DNA of 64,000 nt, from assembly GCA_963817915.1 (NCBI GenBank), contig CAWFQL010000006.1:1-64000 (forward strand), read 5' to 3'. Below, piece by piece: positions 11,301 through 21,853 of the stretch (position 1 is the first letter of the stretch; the number at the start of each line of letters is the position of its first letter). The position numbers and the translations under genes are program-made. The notes under the pieces are model-generated. The model did not search any database. It was given only the letters and a program-made list of their open reading frames with translations, and was not told where the DNA came from. Source of the stretch: an uncultured candidate division Zixibacteria bacterium. Its GTDB lineage: Bacteria > Zixibacteria > MSB-5A5 > UBA10806.

Positions 11301-11785
11301 TCGGAGAATGCGCCGAACGCCCTCGGGCGGATCGGCGAGCGCCGCCTGGAACCAGCTCTCGAAGGCCTCGTCGAGCGAGCGCCTCTGCTTCATCTTCGGC
11401 AGCGATCTCGAAGAGCGGATCGATCCCCGCCTCGACCGGCCGCTCGCGGAGAAGATCGCCGCAGAAGGCGTGGATCGTGCCGATGCGCGCAAGCTCGAGT
11501 TCTGACAAGAGCGCGCTCCAGTCGCTTGCGCTCTTCGGCGCGGCTTCCTGGCGGCGCGCGCTCGATCTCAGTGCGCAGGCGCAGCTTCATCTCGCCGGCC
11601 GCCTTCTCGGTGAAGGTGACCGCGACGATGCGATCGAGCGTGCTCACCCCCTCCCGAACAAGTGCGACGATGCGGCCGACCAGGGCGGTCGTCTTGCCGG
11701 TCCCGGCCGCCGCTTCGACGAAGAGCGTGGTGCCGAAGTCGGTAAGGATTCGCTCCCGCGCCGCGGAATCCGGCACGTCGGTCAT
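8319..11785 (-). CDS. AddA-like UvrD/SF1A helicase with C-terminal PD-(D/E)XK nuclease; multiple frameshifts
   Basis: [66 protein letters not shown], and nuclease GIADL...VVDFKTG...QVALY, spread over several frames. Confidence 0.88.
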
Positions 11786-14700
11786 GGCAACTCCCGAGCA
11801 CTCAGGAGCGGCTCGATAGGTCCTTCCGGCTTGCGTCCCGTGCGGCGCTCCTCATGCGGGCCGCACACGACTCGATAGTCGCACCACTCGCATTCACCCT
11901 TACGCGGCGCGGCCGGCAGGAACGGCCGGCCAACCGCATCCCCGATCGTATCTGCCACAGTAGCGGCAGCCATCCGCGCCCGCTCATCGAGCGGCACGAT
12001 GTGCTCGTCGAAACCGCCAGCCGAGGTGCAGAAATACAGCCGGCCGCATTCGACCTTGGCGTTGGCGCCGAATAGCTTCTCTGCAGCCAGCGCGTAGAGC
12101 ACTGGTTGTAGCGACTTGCCGCCGGCCACCACTTGGCCAGCCTTTCCTTGAGCCTTGCCGGTCTTGTGATCCGTTACCCGCACAAGGCCGGATGGATGGC
12201 GTTCGACGAGGTCGATCGAGCCGCGGAGCTGGATGCCGCAGTCAAGGTCGACGGCACCAGGCACCGACTGCGGGTCGGCCGTGCGCCGTTCATCGCGGTG
12301 CTCGAGCCCGAAGGACAGCTCGAAATGCCAGGGAACGTAGCCGGACTCGTCCTCGCTTGCCCGCCGCAGCCATTCGCGCAGATCGGCGCGGATCGCGGCG
12401 ATGCCATCTTCCCAGATGCGGTCGATGGCGGGCGCAAGGTCGTCATAGTAGCGGGCGGCGACCTCCTCGATCACGACGTCGAGGACCTCCCTTGCGTGGT
12501 CCAAGTGTCTTCGGCCGGACCGGCAGCAGCTTCCTGGCGCGCAGACGCTCGAACAGTTCGAACTGGATGTCGTGAATGAGTGATCCGCGCTGCAGAGGAT
12601 CGAGTTCGTCGATCGCTTCGGGCACTTCGCGTGGCGCGAGACGATGCACGGCCTGAAGGAAAAATCTGTAGGGGCAGCCGGCGTAATGTTGGAGCGCGGT
12701 CGGCGAGTAGCTGCGCGCGGCGAGCCCATGCTTCGCCATTATCGCCTGCGCCGTGTTCGATGATGAGACGAGCCCGTCCGCCGGCGTCCAGCGCAAACTC
12801 CAGCGTTGGTATCGGGCTCTCAGTGCGCGGGCGAGATACGAATTGGTCGTCAGCAGGTAGCGGGCCGAGCCGGCGCGTTCGTCCGGGAGCATGAAAAGCT
12901 GTTCCAGGACGGCGAGGTCATGCTCGGCATCGTCGATGGCCGCTGCCGGATCGGACGGTGCTGGCCAACCAACCCGGGCCGACGTGACAGTTTCGGCACG
13001 TCGGGCGAGTTCGGCAAAGTCCGGCAGCCGTCCCTCGGCAGCGCGCACGGCCTCCAACGCGTAGAAGGATGGCACGCGCGGTCGTCCCTCATCGAGATCA
13101 AGACGCGGATAAGACAAATATAGCCGTCGTTCCGCAGCGCCGACGGCCAGCGCCAAGGCAAGCCGCTCGCGCGCGAGGCGATCTTCGTTGGTCGCCAGCC
13201 CGACATTGAGTTGCTTCGCGCGTCGCGTCGAGCAGTATCGGCTCTTCAACGATCTTGTGCGGGAACAGCTTCTCGGCCAAGCCGGGCACGAACACCGCCT
13301 CGAAGCTGAGGCCCCGCGCCGCCTCGACCGGACCCACGAAAACACGCCCGTAACGCTGGGCGAGAGGCGGGACCGCGACCTCGAGGAGCAGATCGGAAAG
13401 GACCGACAGGACCTCCTCCAGCGTAACCGGCCCGACCGACGCCATCGGCGCGAGTTCGGAGAGCACCGAGAGCACCCGGTCTGGCTGGCGCAGGGCCCGG
13501 GTGGCGAGCGCGCTTAATTGGTTCAGCCATTCACCCCAGTGCGCCGAGGCCGGCAGGGCGTCGAGGAGCTCGATTAAGGGCAGGGCATAGCCGGCGAACG
13601 CATTGAGGTCTTCCAGCGTCCGCTCAACGATCGCTGCGCGTGCCTCATCCTCGTCTTCGAGCTCAGCGAGCTTGAGACGCAGATCATTTGCAAGTCCGTC
13701 GATCCGCCGGCGCCATCGCTCCCGACCGCCAATCACCGCCGCTTCCACCAGGAGGCGTTCCCAGCGGCGCGGGGCACGCAGCTGCCCGGCGATCACGGGC
13801 CCTGTTTATCCCCAATGGCGGGCGCATCGGTTGCCTCTGGCGCAACCTGCTCGTCGGACGTTTCAACCGGTCGGTAGCGAACGAGTTCCTGATCGGGCGT
13901 GACCCAACGCTCGCCACGCGGCGCGGCCTCCGGCGGCGTGCCCTCGGGGGTGGCATCGGGCACTTGGCCAAGCGACAGATACTCGGCAAAGCGCTGAGCC
14001 GATAGCCCCTCGGCTGCGCAGCGGAGGAGAACGCAGAAGGCCCGTCCGGCAGGATCGGGACGCACGGCTCCACGCGCGAAGTGAACCGGCACGCCTGCCC
14101 GTGCGAAGGCCTCTTCAAGATGCCCCCGATATTCCTCCGGCGACCGCAGCAGCACGGCCATCCGATCAAAAGCGACACCCTCGCGTGCGAGAGCGAGCAC
14201 CCGCCGAGCAATCTCCACACATTCCCGGCTTTCGCCCGGCGCCGAGAAGACCAGCACCTGATCGTCGCGCGGTGATACGGGCGGAGTAGCCCCCTCGCTG
14301 AAGAGATGACGCTGGAGACGCGCCAGCGAGCCGGGGCGGTCGTTGCCAGCGTCCCCTTCAGCGGAATCTCGGTTCATCTAGATGCTCGATCTCGAACCGA
14401 AGGCCGTCCCGAAGGCGGGAGAGTGTCGGCCCATCCGCGGCCGGCACGGTGGCCAGCATCTCAGACGCGGATGAGCACAGCGTGGCGACAAGATTGAGTT
14501 CTGCTTTGCTAGTAATTGGCACATCGAGCAGCAGCATGGGCAGTTGCACCAGGCGCCGGGTATTTGTGCTGCTGGGCGCGGTTGCGGCCGCGATCGCCAG
14601 CGTGCCGGGCCAATCAGTGAGTTGGCCCTCCGCTAGCTCTGATTCATAAGCGCGAAGGAGTAAAAGCAAGTCGGGAGCCACCTTGCCGAGGACCTCGGGA

Positions 14701-15101
14701 TGAACAGCAGCCAGTCGTAGTTCGGTGAGCACGCTGGCGATGGCGCGGGGGAATCCGGGCGCCTTGGCAATGCATGCATAACGCCCGAGAGCACCGCCTG
14801 AGCTGAGCTTATGCACGGCACGACACACAATGGCCTCGATGCCAAGCCGGCCGACGGGCGCGATGCCGCGTGCAGCCATTGTTGGTGCAGCGAGGGCGGC
14901 GGCGAGTTGCGCCAGGGTAAACCGGTGCCAGCCGAACGCGCCGCCGCTTGTCTGAACGACCCCGCGTGCGAGCTCGTTGGCCGCATCAAGGCTTGCCCCA
15001 ATGATCAGCAGCTCCTCCGCCGGGGCGCGAGCCTTGAGCCAAGCCAGGGCACGAGCGATGCGGCGGTGGCTCGTTGAGGAGATGCAAGCTGTCGCACCCA
15101 T
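11782..15101 (-). CDS. AddB-like protein: degenerate helicase fold + Fe-S PD-(D/E)XK nuclease; multiple frameshifts
   Basis: [75 protein letters not shown] overlap with the AddA-like start. Confidence 0.85.
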
Positions 15102-15156
15102 ATTTCGAATGTTACGCTCTGCTCAGCGGGATGAAAATTGTCGATTGAGGGTTGTT

Positions 15157-15410
15157 AAGGCGGCTAAAGGAGTTTTATTAGCTAAATGATCTGTCGTATC
15201 CTGATTAAGATCCGTAGGTAAGGTATATAGGGAATATACATAATTAGCCTGAGATGTGTTCAAGTCTGTCTTGTAGGGACTCGCTTGTCTTAATATAATG
15301 GGCTTTGAAATGCCGTTTTTGAGAAATAGTGTTTTGGATTGGGCCGTAGCGATAAATCCGATACTGATACTCGAAAATATCAAAATGGAGGCCAGAATAA
15401 ATCTCCGCAT
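15157..15410 (-). pseudogene. Truncated copy of the tandem membrane-protein family, cut at the composition junction
   Basis: N-terminus closely matches 15428..16024 (FIATA.SKTLF, QANYVYS.YTLPTDLNQDTT, TPLAA); similarity stops at ~15157. Confidence 0.7.
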
Positions 15411-15427
15411 CGCTGGAATATCGCTCC

Positions 15428-16024
15428 TTAAAATGCTATTGAATACTTAAGAATTACTCTATTATCCTTCATATCGAGTGATAAGCGTTTTTTCATCGCC
15501 CTTTCACCCTGTTCATGCGCGAGTTCCGCCGGTGCGCCGATGAAATCCACAAACCAACCGCTAAAAAACAATAACATGCCCCAGTGTCCCATGGAATCAG
15601 CTTGTCTTCTTTCGCTGGCGGTCTTATTTTCAATTGTTCCTGCCACTATAGAACTAAAGGATAAATAGACCCCCGCGACCTCGGAAATCAGAAGCAATGT
15701 TCCCGCTGTGGGCTTTCCTATATAATAATGTCCAAGACCGCGTACGAAAAAGCCCGGCGCAAATCCGATTATAAAGGCGGCTAGGGGAGTTCGCGAATCA
15801 TGGGAAATAGTGGTATCCTGATTGAGATCCGTGGGTAAAGTATATCGGGAATATACATAATTAGCCTGAGTGATGTTCAGGTCTATCTTGTAGGGATTCG
15901 CCTTTCTTAAGTTGATGAGTTTTGAATTACCGTTTGTTGGAAATAGTGTTTTGGATTCGGCTGTGGCAATAAATCCGATAGTGATACTCGAAAATATCAC
16001 GATTGAGGCAATAAATCTGTGCAT
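15428..16024 (-). CDS. Hypothetical signal-peptide/membrane protein, TM2-like motif
   Basis: Signal peptide; FAPGFFVRGLGHYYIGK; hydrophobic helices; C-terminal ILKYSIAF. Confidence 0.75.
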   Translation of the reverse strand: MHRFIASIVIFSSITIGFIATAESKTLFPTNGNSKLINLRKANPYKIDLNITQANYVYSRYTLPTDLNQDTTISHDSRTPLAAFIIGFAPGFFVRGLGHYYIGKPTAGTLLLISEVAGVYLSFSSIVAGTIENKTASERRQADSMGHWGMLLFFSGWFVDFIGAPAELAHEQGERAMKKRLSLDMKDNRVILKYSIAF

Positions 16025-16169
16025 AGTCGAAATCCTCCGGATTTTTCCTGCGAGTCACGGTTTACCGTGACCGCTCCTGCTATTTTTGCGATCAGGGTCT
16101 ATCCACCATTTGTCTGGCGGGCAAGCCATGACTCGCAACGAATTCTACGCTTAGTAATGAAATCGCCAT

Positions 16170-16757
16170 TCAAAATGCCACCGAATATTTGAGAATCACA
16201 TTTCTATTTTTTATATCAAGGGATAATGACTTGGCCCCTGCCATTTTAGCTTGATCGAGCGCAAGTTGTATTGGTGAGCCGATGAAATCTACTATCCATC
16301 CGCCAAAAAACAATATCAAACCCGTATTCCCTATGAAGTCTGTCCTTTTGTTCTCGCCGACGGAACTATTTTCACTGCGGATTGAGCGCCCTATCGCAAC
16401 AGACACAAATAAAATTGATACACCTTCAGAGACCAACAACCACCCTCCCACCGTTCTTCTTCCAATATAAGAATACCCAAGGCCGTGTATAAAAAAGCCC
16501 GGCGCAAATCCAATCATAAAGGCGGCTAACGGGGATTTATCATCAATGGAAATTGAAGTATCCTGATTGAGATCCGTGGCTATTGTATATCTGGAATTTA
16601 TATATTCAGTTCGGGTCATGCTCAAATTCGTTTATCGGAAATAGATTGGTTTCAATATGCCGTTTGTTGGAAATAATGTCTTTGATTCGGCCGTGACAAT
16701 AAGCCCGATGCTACAACACAAGAATATCCGTATAAAAATCATTTTGAATCTGAGCAT
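16170..16757 (-). pseudogene. Third paralogue with an in-frame TAA after codon 41
   Basis: ATG at 16757 reads MLRFKMIFIR...TAESKTLFPTNG..IYFR*, then continues in the same frame into 16170..16625 (FAPGFFIHGLGYSYIG, ILKYSVAF). Confidence 0.65.
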
Positions 16758-16861
16758 AGTCGATATCCTATTGATTCGCATGCTATCCATTTATCTTAAA
16801 TTCATCTTATTAATATATAACTATATTTATCTAATTTGGCAAGGATTATTCAACTTGTTTC

Positions 16862-17371
16862 GTGTCGGGTCAGGCGACCCGACACCACGGGGGATATTTC
16901 ATCATGCGGTCGGGTAGGGGCGTATTGCATACGCCCCGCAGGAAGGGCGAACGGCAGTTCGCCCCTACAATAATTTCTTTCAGGTATCGTCGGGTCTCCG
17001 TACCCGACGATAGTCTGCTAATTGTGGCAGGTGCGGAGACCTGCCACCACAAGCTTGACGTAATGTGTCGGGTCAGGCGACCCGACACCACGGAGCTATT
17101 ACAGATGGATTCCGCATCAAACTCTCTTGAGTCCGGCGACCGACGGATGCGGAATGACAAGTAAGAGATGTCATTCCGCTGAGCGGCAGCCGTCTCGGCT
17201 GCCCTTTATTTCCTGCGAGTCACGGCCTGCCCGCCAGTGGCGGGGTTTACCGTGACCGTATCCCGCCATTTGTGCTATCAAGGTAAGTTTTGACGAGCAC
17301 GGAAGTCGGCGGCAGTCGATGACGACTGCCGGCCAATATAATAATTGGTGTCGGGTCAGGCGACCCGACAC
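16862..17371. repeat. Dense cluster of REP-like palindromes from several families
   Basis: GTGTCGGGTCAGGCGACCCGACAC x3 (16862, 17065, 17348); GGGGCGTATTGCATACGCCCC; GGGCGAACGGCAGTTCGCCC; GCAGGTGCGGAGACCTGC; GGCAGCCGTCTCGGCTGCC; GGCAGTCGATGACGACTGCC. Confidence 0.85.
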
Positions 17372-17412
17372 CACGAGTATTCATTAAATTTATTTTGTGA
17401 AAAGACTTTAAG

Positions 17413-17964
17413 CTATCGTTTGTATTTGGCGACGCCTTCGAGATAGATATTGCCGCCATGGCAATCCTGAGCGACTATCACAGGGAAATCGACGACTTTC
17501 AATCGTCTGACTGCCTCCGGCCCAAGCTCTTCCCAGGCGACTAATTCGGATTCGGTGATTCTATTGGCAATCAAGGCCGCCGCGCCGCCAGTGGCGACAA
17601 AATATACGCCGGTATATTTCTTGAAAGCGTCGACAACTTCGGGGCCCATCTCGCCCTTGCCGATCATTCCTTTGAGTCCGGCTTTGAGCATGACAGGAGA
17701 ATACTTATTCATACGTCCGGATGTAGTCGGGCCCGCGGAACCGATAACTTTGCCGGGAGGCGCGGGGGTCGGACCGACAAAATAAATTAGCTGGCCTGCC
17801 GGATCGAATGGCAGCTTTTCACCTTTTTCAATCAGGTCGACCATTTTTTTATGAGCGGCATCGCGGCCGGTGTAGATATAACCATTTATGATGACATTAT
17901 CGCCGGAACGGAGCGACTTGATATCGGCATCCTTCAACGGCGTTGTGATCTTTTTGGATTCCAT
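17413..17964 (-). CDS. Fe-S hydro-lyase (class I fumarate hydratase/tartrate dehydratase) beta subunit
   Basis: GYIYTGRDAAHKK, GPTTSGRM, GMIGKG, GGAAAL, ELGPEAV. Confidence 0.93.
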   Translation of the reverse strand: MESKKITTPLKDADIKSLRSGDNVIINGYIYTGRDAAHKKMVDLIEKGEKLPFDPAGQLIYFVGPTPAPPGKVIGSAGPTTSGRMNKYSPVMLKAGLKGMIGKGEMGPEVVDAFKKYTGVYFVATGGAAALIANRITESELVAWEELGPEAVRRLKVVDFPVIVAQDCHGGNIYLEGVAKYKR

Positions 17965-17976
17965 TATATCATCTCC

Positions 17977-18820
17977 TCAGATAACAATCTCTTTGTGGCG
18001 CGCCGAATGACATTGCGTATTGACCGCGGCGGGAAGGCTGGCGATATGGCAGGGATGAGCTTCGATATGAACCGCCAAGAGCAGTGATTCTGCCACCCAG
18101 ACCCTGCGGTCCGATACCGGTATTATTGATCTTCTCGAGCAATTCTTTTTCCATGGCGGCATAGTAGGGATCGGGATGAACACTGCCGAGTGTCCGCAGT
18201 AATGCCTTCTTGGCCAGATAGGCGCATTTATCGAATGAGCCGCCGATACCGACACCGACAATAATCGGAGGGCAGGGATTGCCGCCGGCCTTTATGACTG
18301 TATCGACTACAAAGCTTTTGACGCCTTCTTCGCCATCGGATGGCTTAAGCATTTTGATGGCGCTCATATTTTCTGAGCCGCCGCCTTTGGGGAGAATCGT
18401 GATCTTAATTTTATCGCCGGGAACGATTCGAGTAGAGATTACCGCGGGGGTATTGTCGCCGGTGTTCTTGCGTCGAAGCGGATCCTCGACAATTGATTTT
18501 CGGAGATAGCCTTCTTTATATCCCTGACGAATCCCCTCGTGAATCGCTTCCTCGAACTGGCCGCCTTCGATTGCCACATCTTGTCCGAGATCAACAAAAA
18601 GCGCCGACAGCCCGGTATCCTGGCAGAGCGGCATCTTGTTATTTTTGGCTATATTGGAATTTTCGAGGATTTGATTCAGGATTTCTTTTCCCAATGGTGA
18701 TTCTTCTTTGGGAATGCTTTTTTTGATAGCATCGATAACATCCTCTCCCAGATAGTAATTGGCATCTGTGGAGAGTTTTTTTACGGCTCTCGTAATTTCG
18801 CTGACATCAATTTTTCTCAT
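17977..18820 (-). CDS. Fe-S hydro-lyase (fumarate hydratase/tartrate dehydratase) alpha subunit; frameshift near the C-terminus
   Basis: PLCQDTG, NTGDNTPA, PKGGGSEN, GNPCPP, GIGPQGLGG; tail PCHIASLP..VNTQCHSARH is in frame 17977..18261. Confidence 0.92.
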
Positions 18821-18830
18821 ACTCAATTCC

Positions 18831-19454
18831 CTATCTATTAATAAATTCCTTGATTCCTGTGGCAAGATTCGAGCAGGATTCAGAAACTTCTGATAATCTT
18901 TTCGTGCCAAGCTCACCGCCAGACGTGACCAGCCTGTTGGTTTGATCGAGCACGACTTCGCTTGGACGGGTTACGACCGCCTGCGTACCTGCCGCCTCGA
19001 TGCCCGCCTGCAATTTGGGGTCATTGCCGACTGTAACCACCAGTGGCGATTTCGAAATGCCTTGCAGGGCTTTGGCGAGTATCAGCACTGATGACCCAAA
19101 GGCGCCAATCGGTTTTTCCAATCTGTAAATTCCTTTAAGCAGTGTCTTGAAATTTTCATCGACTCTAAAACCATCGCTGGCTTCCTCGAAATTGCAGAGA
19201 GTATTGAATAGCCGTTTGCCGCCGGGGATGATGAGGGCTTCTATCGAGGTCGCCTTGACATCGGCGATATCGGTCATTGAAAGCCGCGAAACTTCGGAGT
19301 CCATGGCGAGGTAATGATCGCGCATATCAGTCATGGGGATTGATATGGAGGTTCGTTGCAGGGCTTTTTGTTCGAGGTGGAATGAGCAAAAAACAATCTC
19401 CCAGGGGTTGCCTCCGGAGACAATTAATCCGATTTTCCTGGGAGTAGTTGACAT
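18831..19454 (-). CDS. ElbB/ES1-like class I glutamine amidotransferase (DJ-1/PfpI) fold protein, divergent
   Basis: ALIIPGG...TLCNF, KPIGAF, VTVGND, VVLDQTNRLVT; the usual nucleophile Cys is not evident. Confidence 0.6.
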   Translation of the reverse strand: MSTTPRKIGLIVSGGNPWEIVFCSFHLEQKALQRTSISIPMTDMRDHYLAMDSEVSRLSMTDIADVKATSIEALIIPGGKRLFNTLCNFEEASDGFRVDENFKTLLKGIYRLEKPIGAFGSSVLILAKALQGISKSPLVVTVGNDPKLQAGIEAAGTQAVVTRPSEVVLDQTNRLVTSGGELGTKRLSEVSESCSNLATGIKEFINR

Positions 19455-19495
19455 TAAATTTTTATCTTTTTAAAGATCGTTGAAATGCATTTTAA

Positions 19496-19523
19496 AACAG
19501 AAACCCCGCCTGATTACGCGGGG
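19496..19523 (-). terminator. Intrinsic terminator after rpmA
   Basis: CCCCGC-loop-GCGGGG followed by TTTCTGTTTT on the minus strand. Confidence 0.6.
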
Positions 19524-19529
19524 TATCTA

Positions 19530-19781
19530 TCATGGAATTATTGAGACCGTTCTTCTGTCGCGGCCTTTACGCTGAAACTTCACTACGCCATCTTTCAATG
19601 CGAAAAGGGTGTTGTCCTTTCCCTGGCCAACATTGACGCCGGGAAAGATACGATTGCCCTTCTGTCTGATGATGATGGTACCGGCGTGTATTTTTTCGCC
19701 GCCGTAGGATTTGACGCCCATACGCTGGCCGTTTGAGTCGCGACCGTTGCGGGATGAGCCAAGTCCTTTTTTGTGTGCCAA
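19530..19781 (-). CDS. rpmA: 50S ribosomal protein L27
   Basis: [40 protein letters not shown] start. Confidence 0.97.
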   Translation of the reverse strand: MAHKKGLGSSRNGRDSNGQRMGVKSYGGEKIHAGTIIIRQKGNRIFPGVNVGQGKDNTLFALKDGVVKFQRKGRDRRTVSIIP

Positions 19782-19810
19782 AACAAACCCCTTTCTCTTA
19801 CAGAAAGCCT

Positions 19811-19838
19811 AATTTAGGGATTAATTCATTTTTGTCAA
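19811..19838 (-). promoter_or_regulatory. sigma70-type promoter for rpmA
   Basis: TTGACA-N16-TAAATT on the minus strand. Confidence 0.55.
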
Positions 19839-19927
19839 GAGCTTTTATCTATTTTTATAAGGCGGTGGGAAATATGGGATTGAGAGCGGGGATCGTATGG
19901 CCGAAAAATATTTTATCCTTAAAATGT

Positions 19928-20605
19928 TTAGAAATTGGAATACAGAACATAAGCTCCTACAAACACAATTAAGACACCGGATAGCTTTTTGGCATATATG
20001 GAAAACCCTGTCGCGCCTCTTGATTTGGCGAACGATTCCACAAACCCTGTCACGACACCAGCCAAAACAATCAGTGCGCAATGCCCGATCGCATACACAA
20101 ATAGCAGAAACGTGCCATATAAAATTTGACCCTTTGTCGCGACGTAAGCAAGTATTACCACCAGAACAGGAGTGGCGCAGGGTGAGGATGCAATGCCAAA
20201 AAGGAGTCCCATCAAGAAAGCGCCGATTAGCCCACCCGTCTTGACCTGCATTTTGCTTTTAAAGGGGAATCTTATTTCGTATAATCCCAGAAGAGATAGC
20301 CCCATGATAATGGCAACAACCGCGATCACCCAGTAGAAGTATTTACCGGTCAACCCCAAAAGTGAGCCGATGAAACCGGCGGCAGCTCCCAGCAGAGTAA
20401 AAGCGATTGATAAGCCAAGCGCGAAAATCAACGAATAGGCTACGGCCTTTTTCTTGTTGCCTTGCGAGTAACCGCCGACGTACCCAATTACCAAAGGGAT
20501 AACTGCTAAAACACAGGGGGAAGCCGCAGAAATCAATCCTCCCGCGAATACGGAAATTACCGCCAGGGATGGGTTGTTCTGAATGAAGGCAGCAATTGTC
20601 TCCAT
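19928..20605 (-). CDS. ccdA: CcdA/DsbD-family disulfide transport membrane protein
   Basis: SPCVLAVIP and SSPCATPVL; six TM helices. Confidence 0.88.
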   Translation of the reverse strand: METIAAFIQNNPSLAVISVFAGGLISAASPCVLAVIPLVIGYVGGYSQGNKKKAVAYSLIFALGLSIAFTLLGAAAGFIGSLLGLTGKYFYWVIAVVAIIMGLSLLGLYEIRFPFKSKMQVKTGGLIGAFLMGLLFGIASSPCATPVLVVILAYVATKGQILYGTFLLFVYAIGHCALIVLAGVVTGFVESFAKSRGATGFSIYAKKLSGVLIVFVGAYVLYSNF

Positions 20606-20607
20606 TA

Positions 20608-21024
20608 TTACTTAACACCAAGGACTTTAAGGTGGGCCACAATTGAATCGGCAGGGTAGAAACCTATATGCCGAAACTTTTCGACTCCCAACGTATCGAA
20701 GAAAATTTGAGTGGGGATCAAAGTGATCTTGTAGTCGGCCGCGGCCTTGCGGTTTTCTCGAGTGTCGATGAACGTTATTTCTGCTCGACCTTTGTACTCT
20801 TCTCTAAGACTATCCAAAATCGGCGCCATTTTTTTGCATGGAATGCAGCTCTTGCTACCAAGGTCAAGCATCTTGGGAATATTGCCCGAAGCTGATTTCT
20901 CGAATACTTTTTTCTCTGATGCAAATGCGTTTTGCGATCCTATGTTTATTATGCCGCTGCCTAATAAAACGGCCAAGGTGAATAAAATCACAAGCGCTGT
21001 AAACAAAAAATGCTTGCGCTTCAT
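20608..21024 (-). CDS. Exported thioredoxin-family protein
   Basis: Signal peptide MKRKHFLF; DLGSKSCIPCKKM; IPTQIFFD; RHIGF. Confidence 0.85.
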   Translation of the reverse strand: MKRKHFLFTALVILFTLAVLLGSGIINIGSQNAFASEKKVFEKSASGNIPKMLDLGSKSCIPCKKMAPILDSLREEYKGRAEITFIDTRENRKAAADYKITLIPTQIFFDTLGVEKFRHIGFYPADSIVAHLKVLGVK

Positions 21025-21287
21025 AGCCCCTCCTGCGCGAGATGATTTGTGATCATGCTCGTGGCTTCCGCGACATTCGGCACCCGTCCCGATATGATGA
21101 CCTTGCCGTCGATGGCAACACCAGGTGTCATAGTGATGCCAAATTTCATGATTTCCGGTATGGATTCGATCTTCTCCAGAAAATAATCGGCCCCTTCCCC
21201 TAAGCCCATTTTGGTCGCAGCTTCTTTCATAATTTCGGCGGTCTTTTTGCATTTCGGGCAGCCAGTGCCCAAGACCTGAATTTTCAT
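21021..21287 (-). CDS. Small redox-active disulfide protein (MTH895/Thioredoxin_3-like)
   Basis: MKIQVLGTGCPKC, MTPGVAIDGKV..SGRVP. Confidence 0.9.
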   Translation of the reverse strand: MKIQVLGTGCPKCKKTAEIMKEAATKMGLGEGADYFLEKIESIPEIMKFGITMTPGVAIDGKVIISGRVPNVAEATSMITNHLAQEGL

Positions 21288-21306
21288 TGTGACAACTCCT
21301 TTTAAT

Positions 21307-21837
21307 TTAATCTATCGGTATTTGCTTAATTTCGGGATGCTCAATCAGCATCTCAATCGCCTCGGGGCTCGTGCCCCACTCAAGACGGTTGATTTCTATG
21401 CCGCTCTTATCGTAATGCACGATCGCTGGCATAATCATCAATTTGTAGGGTACTTCTACATCGCTTTCCTCGTAAGCATCGATCCGTACGAAATTCAGGG
21501 AATCATTGGCGCTTGTAAGGGCGGGAATGCTGTCAATCGCGGCTGAGGCAATGGCGCATCGCGCCGCTGTGCACGAGCAGGCAACCGAATAATAGAAGAA
21601 CGCTACAGTTGGCTTACCTGACTTAAGCGCCGCCTGAAGTGATTTAATATTATCTGGCTTCTGTTTTTTGAGGGATTGCATTTCGGTAGAAGCAGTATCG
21701 TTCGGCGTTTGAGTCACTGCTGTAGTTTCAGAATATGCGGCATGCGCCAAACCCAAAATCAATATGCCACCTAAAAGAAAGATCTTTATCGTCGCCAGCA
21801 CGGTGGATTCCTTATTCAATTTGAATTCCTTTCCCAA
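21307..21837 (-). CDS. Exported thioredoxin-fold protein
   Basis: Signal/TM segment; AFFYYSVACSCTAARC; MPAIVHYDKSG. Confidence 0.6.
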   Translation of the reverse strand: MGKEFKLNKESTVLATIKIFLLGGILILGLAHAAYSETTAVTQTPNDTASTEMQSLKKQKPDNIKSLQAALKSGKPTVAFFYYSVACSCTAARCAIASAAIDSIPALTSANDSLNFVRIDAYEESDVEVPYKLMIMPAIVHYDKSGIEINRLEWGTSPEAIEMLIEHPEIKQIPID

Positions 21838-21853
21838 AACACTTCATTGAAAG

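Noticed and set aside
11782..12729. Stand-alone Cas4
   Set aside because: The Fe-S PD-(D/E)XK domain is the C-terminus of the frameshifted AddB-like gene.
8391..15189. Numerous plus-strand ORFs opposite the AddAB-like genes
   Set aside because: Antisense shadows with no recognisable motifs.
16862..17371. CRISPR array from three identical 24-bp palindromes
   Set aside because: Spacing is ~200-280 bp and irregular, and the gaps hold other repeat families.
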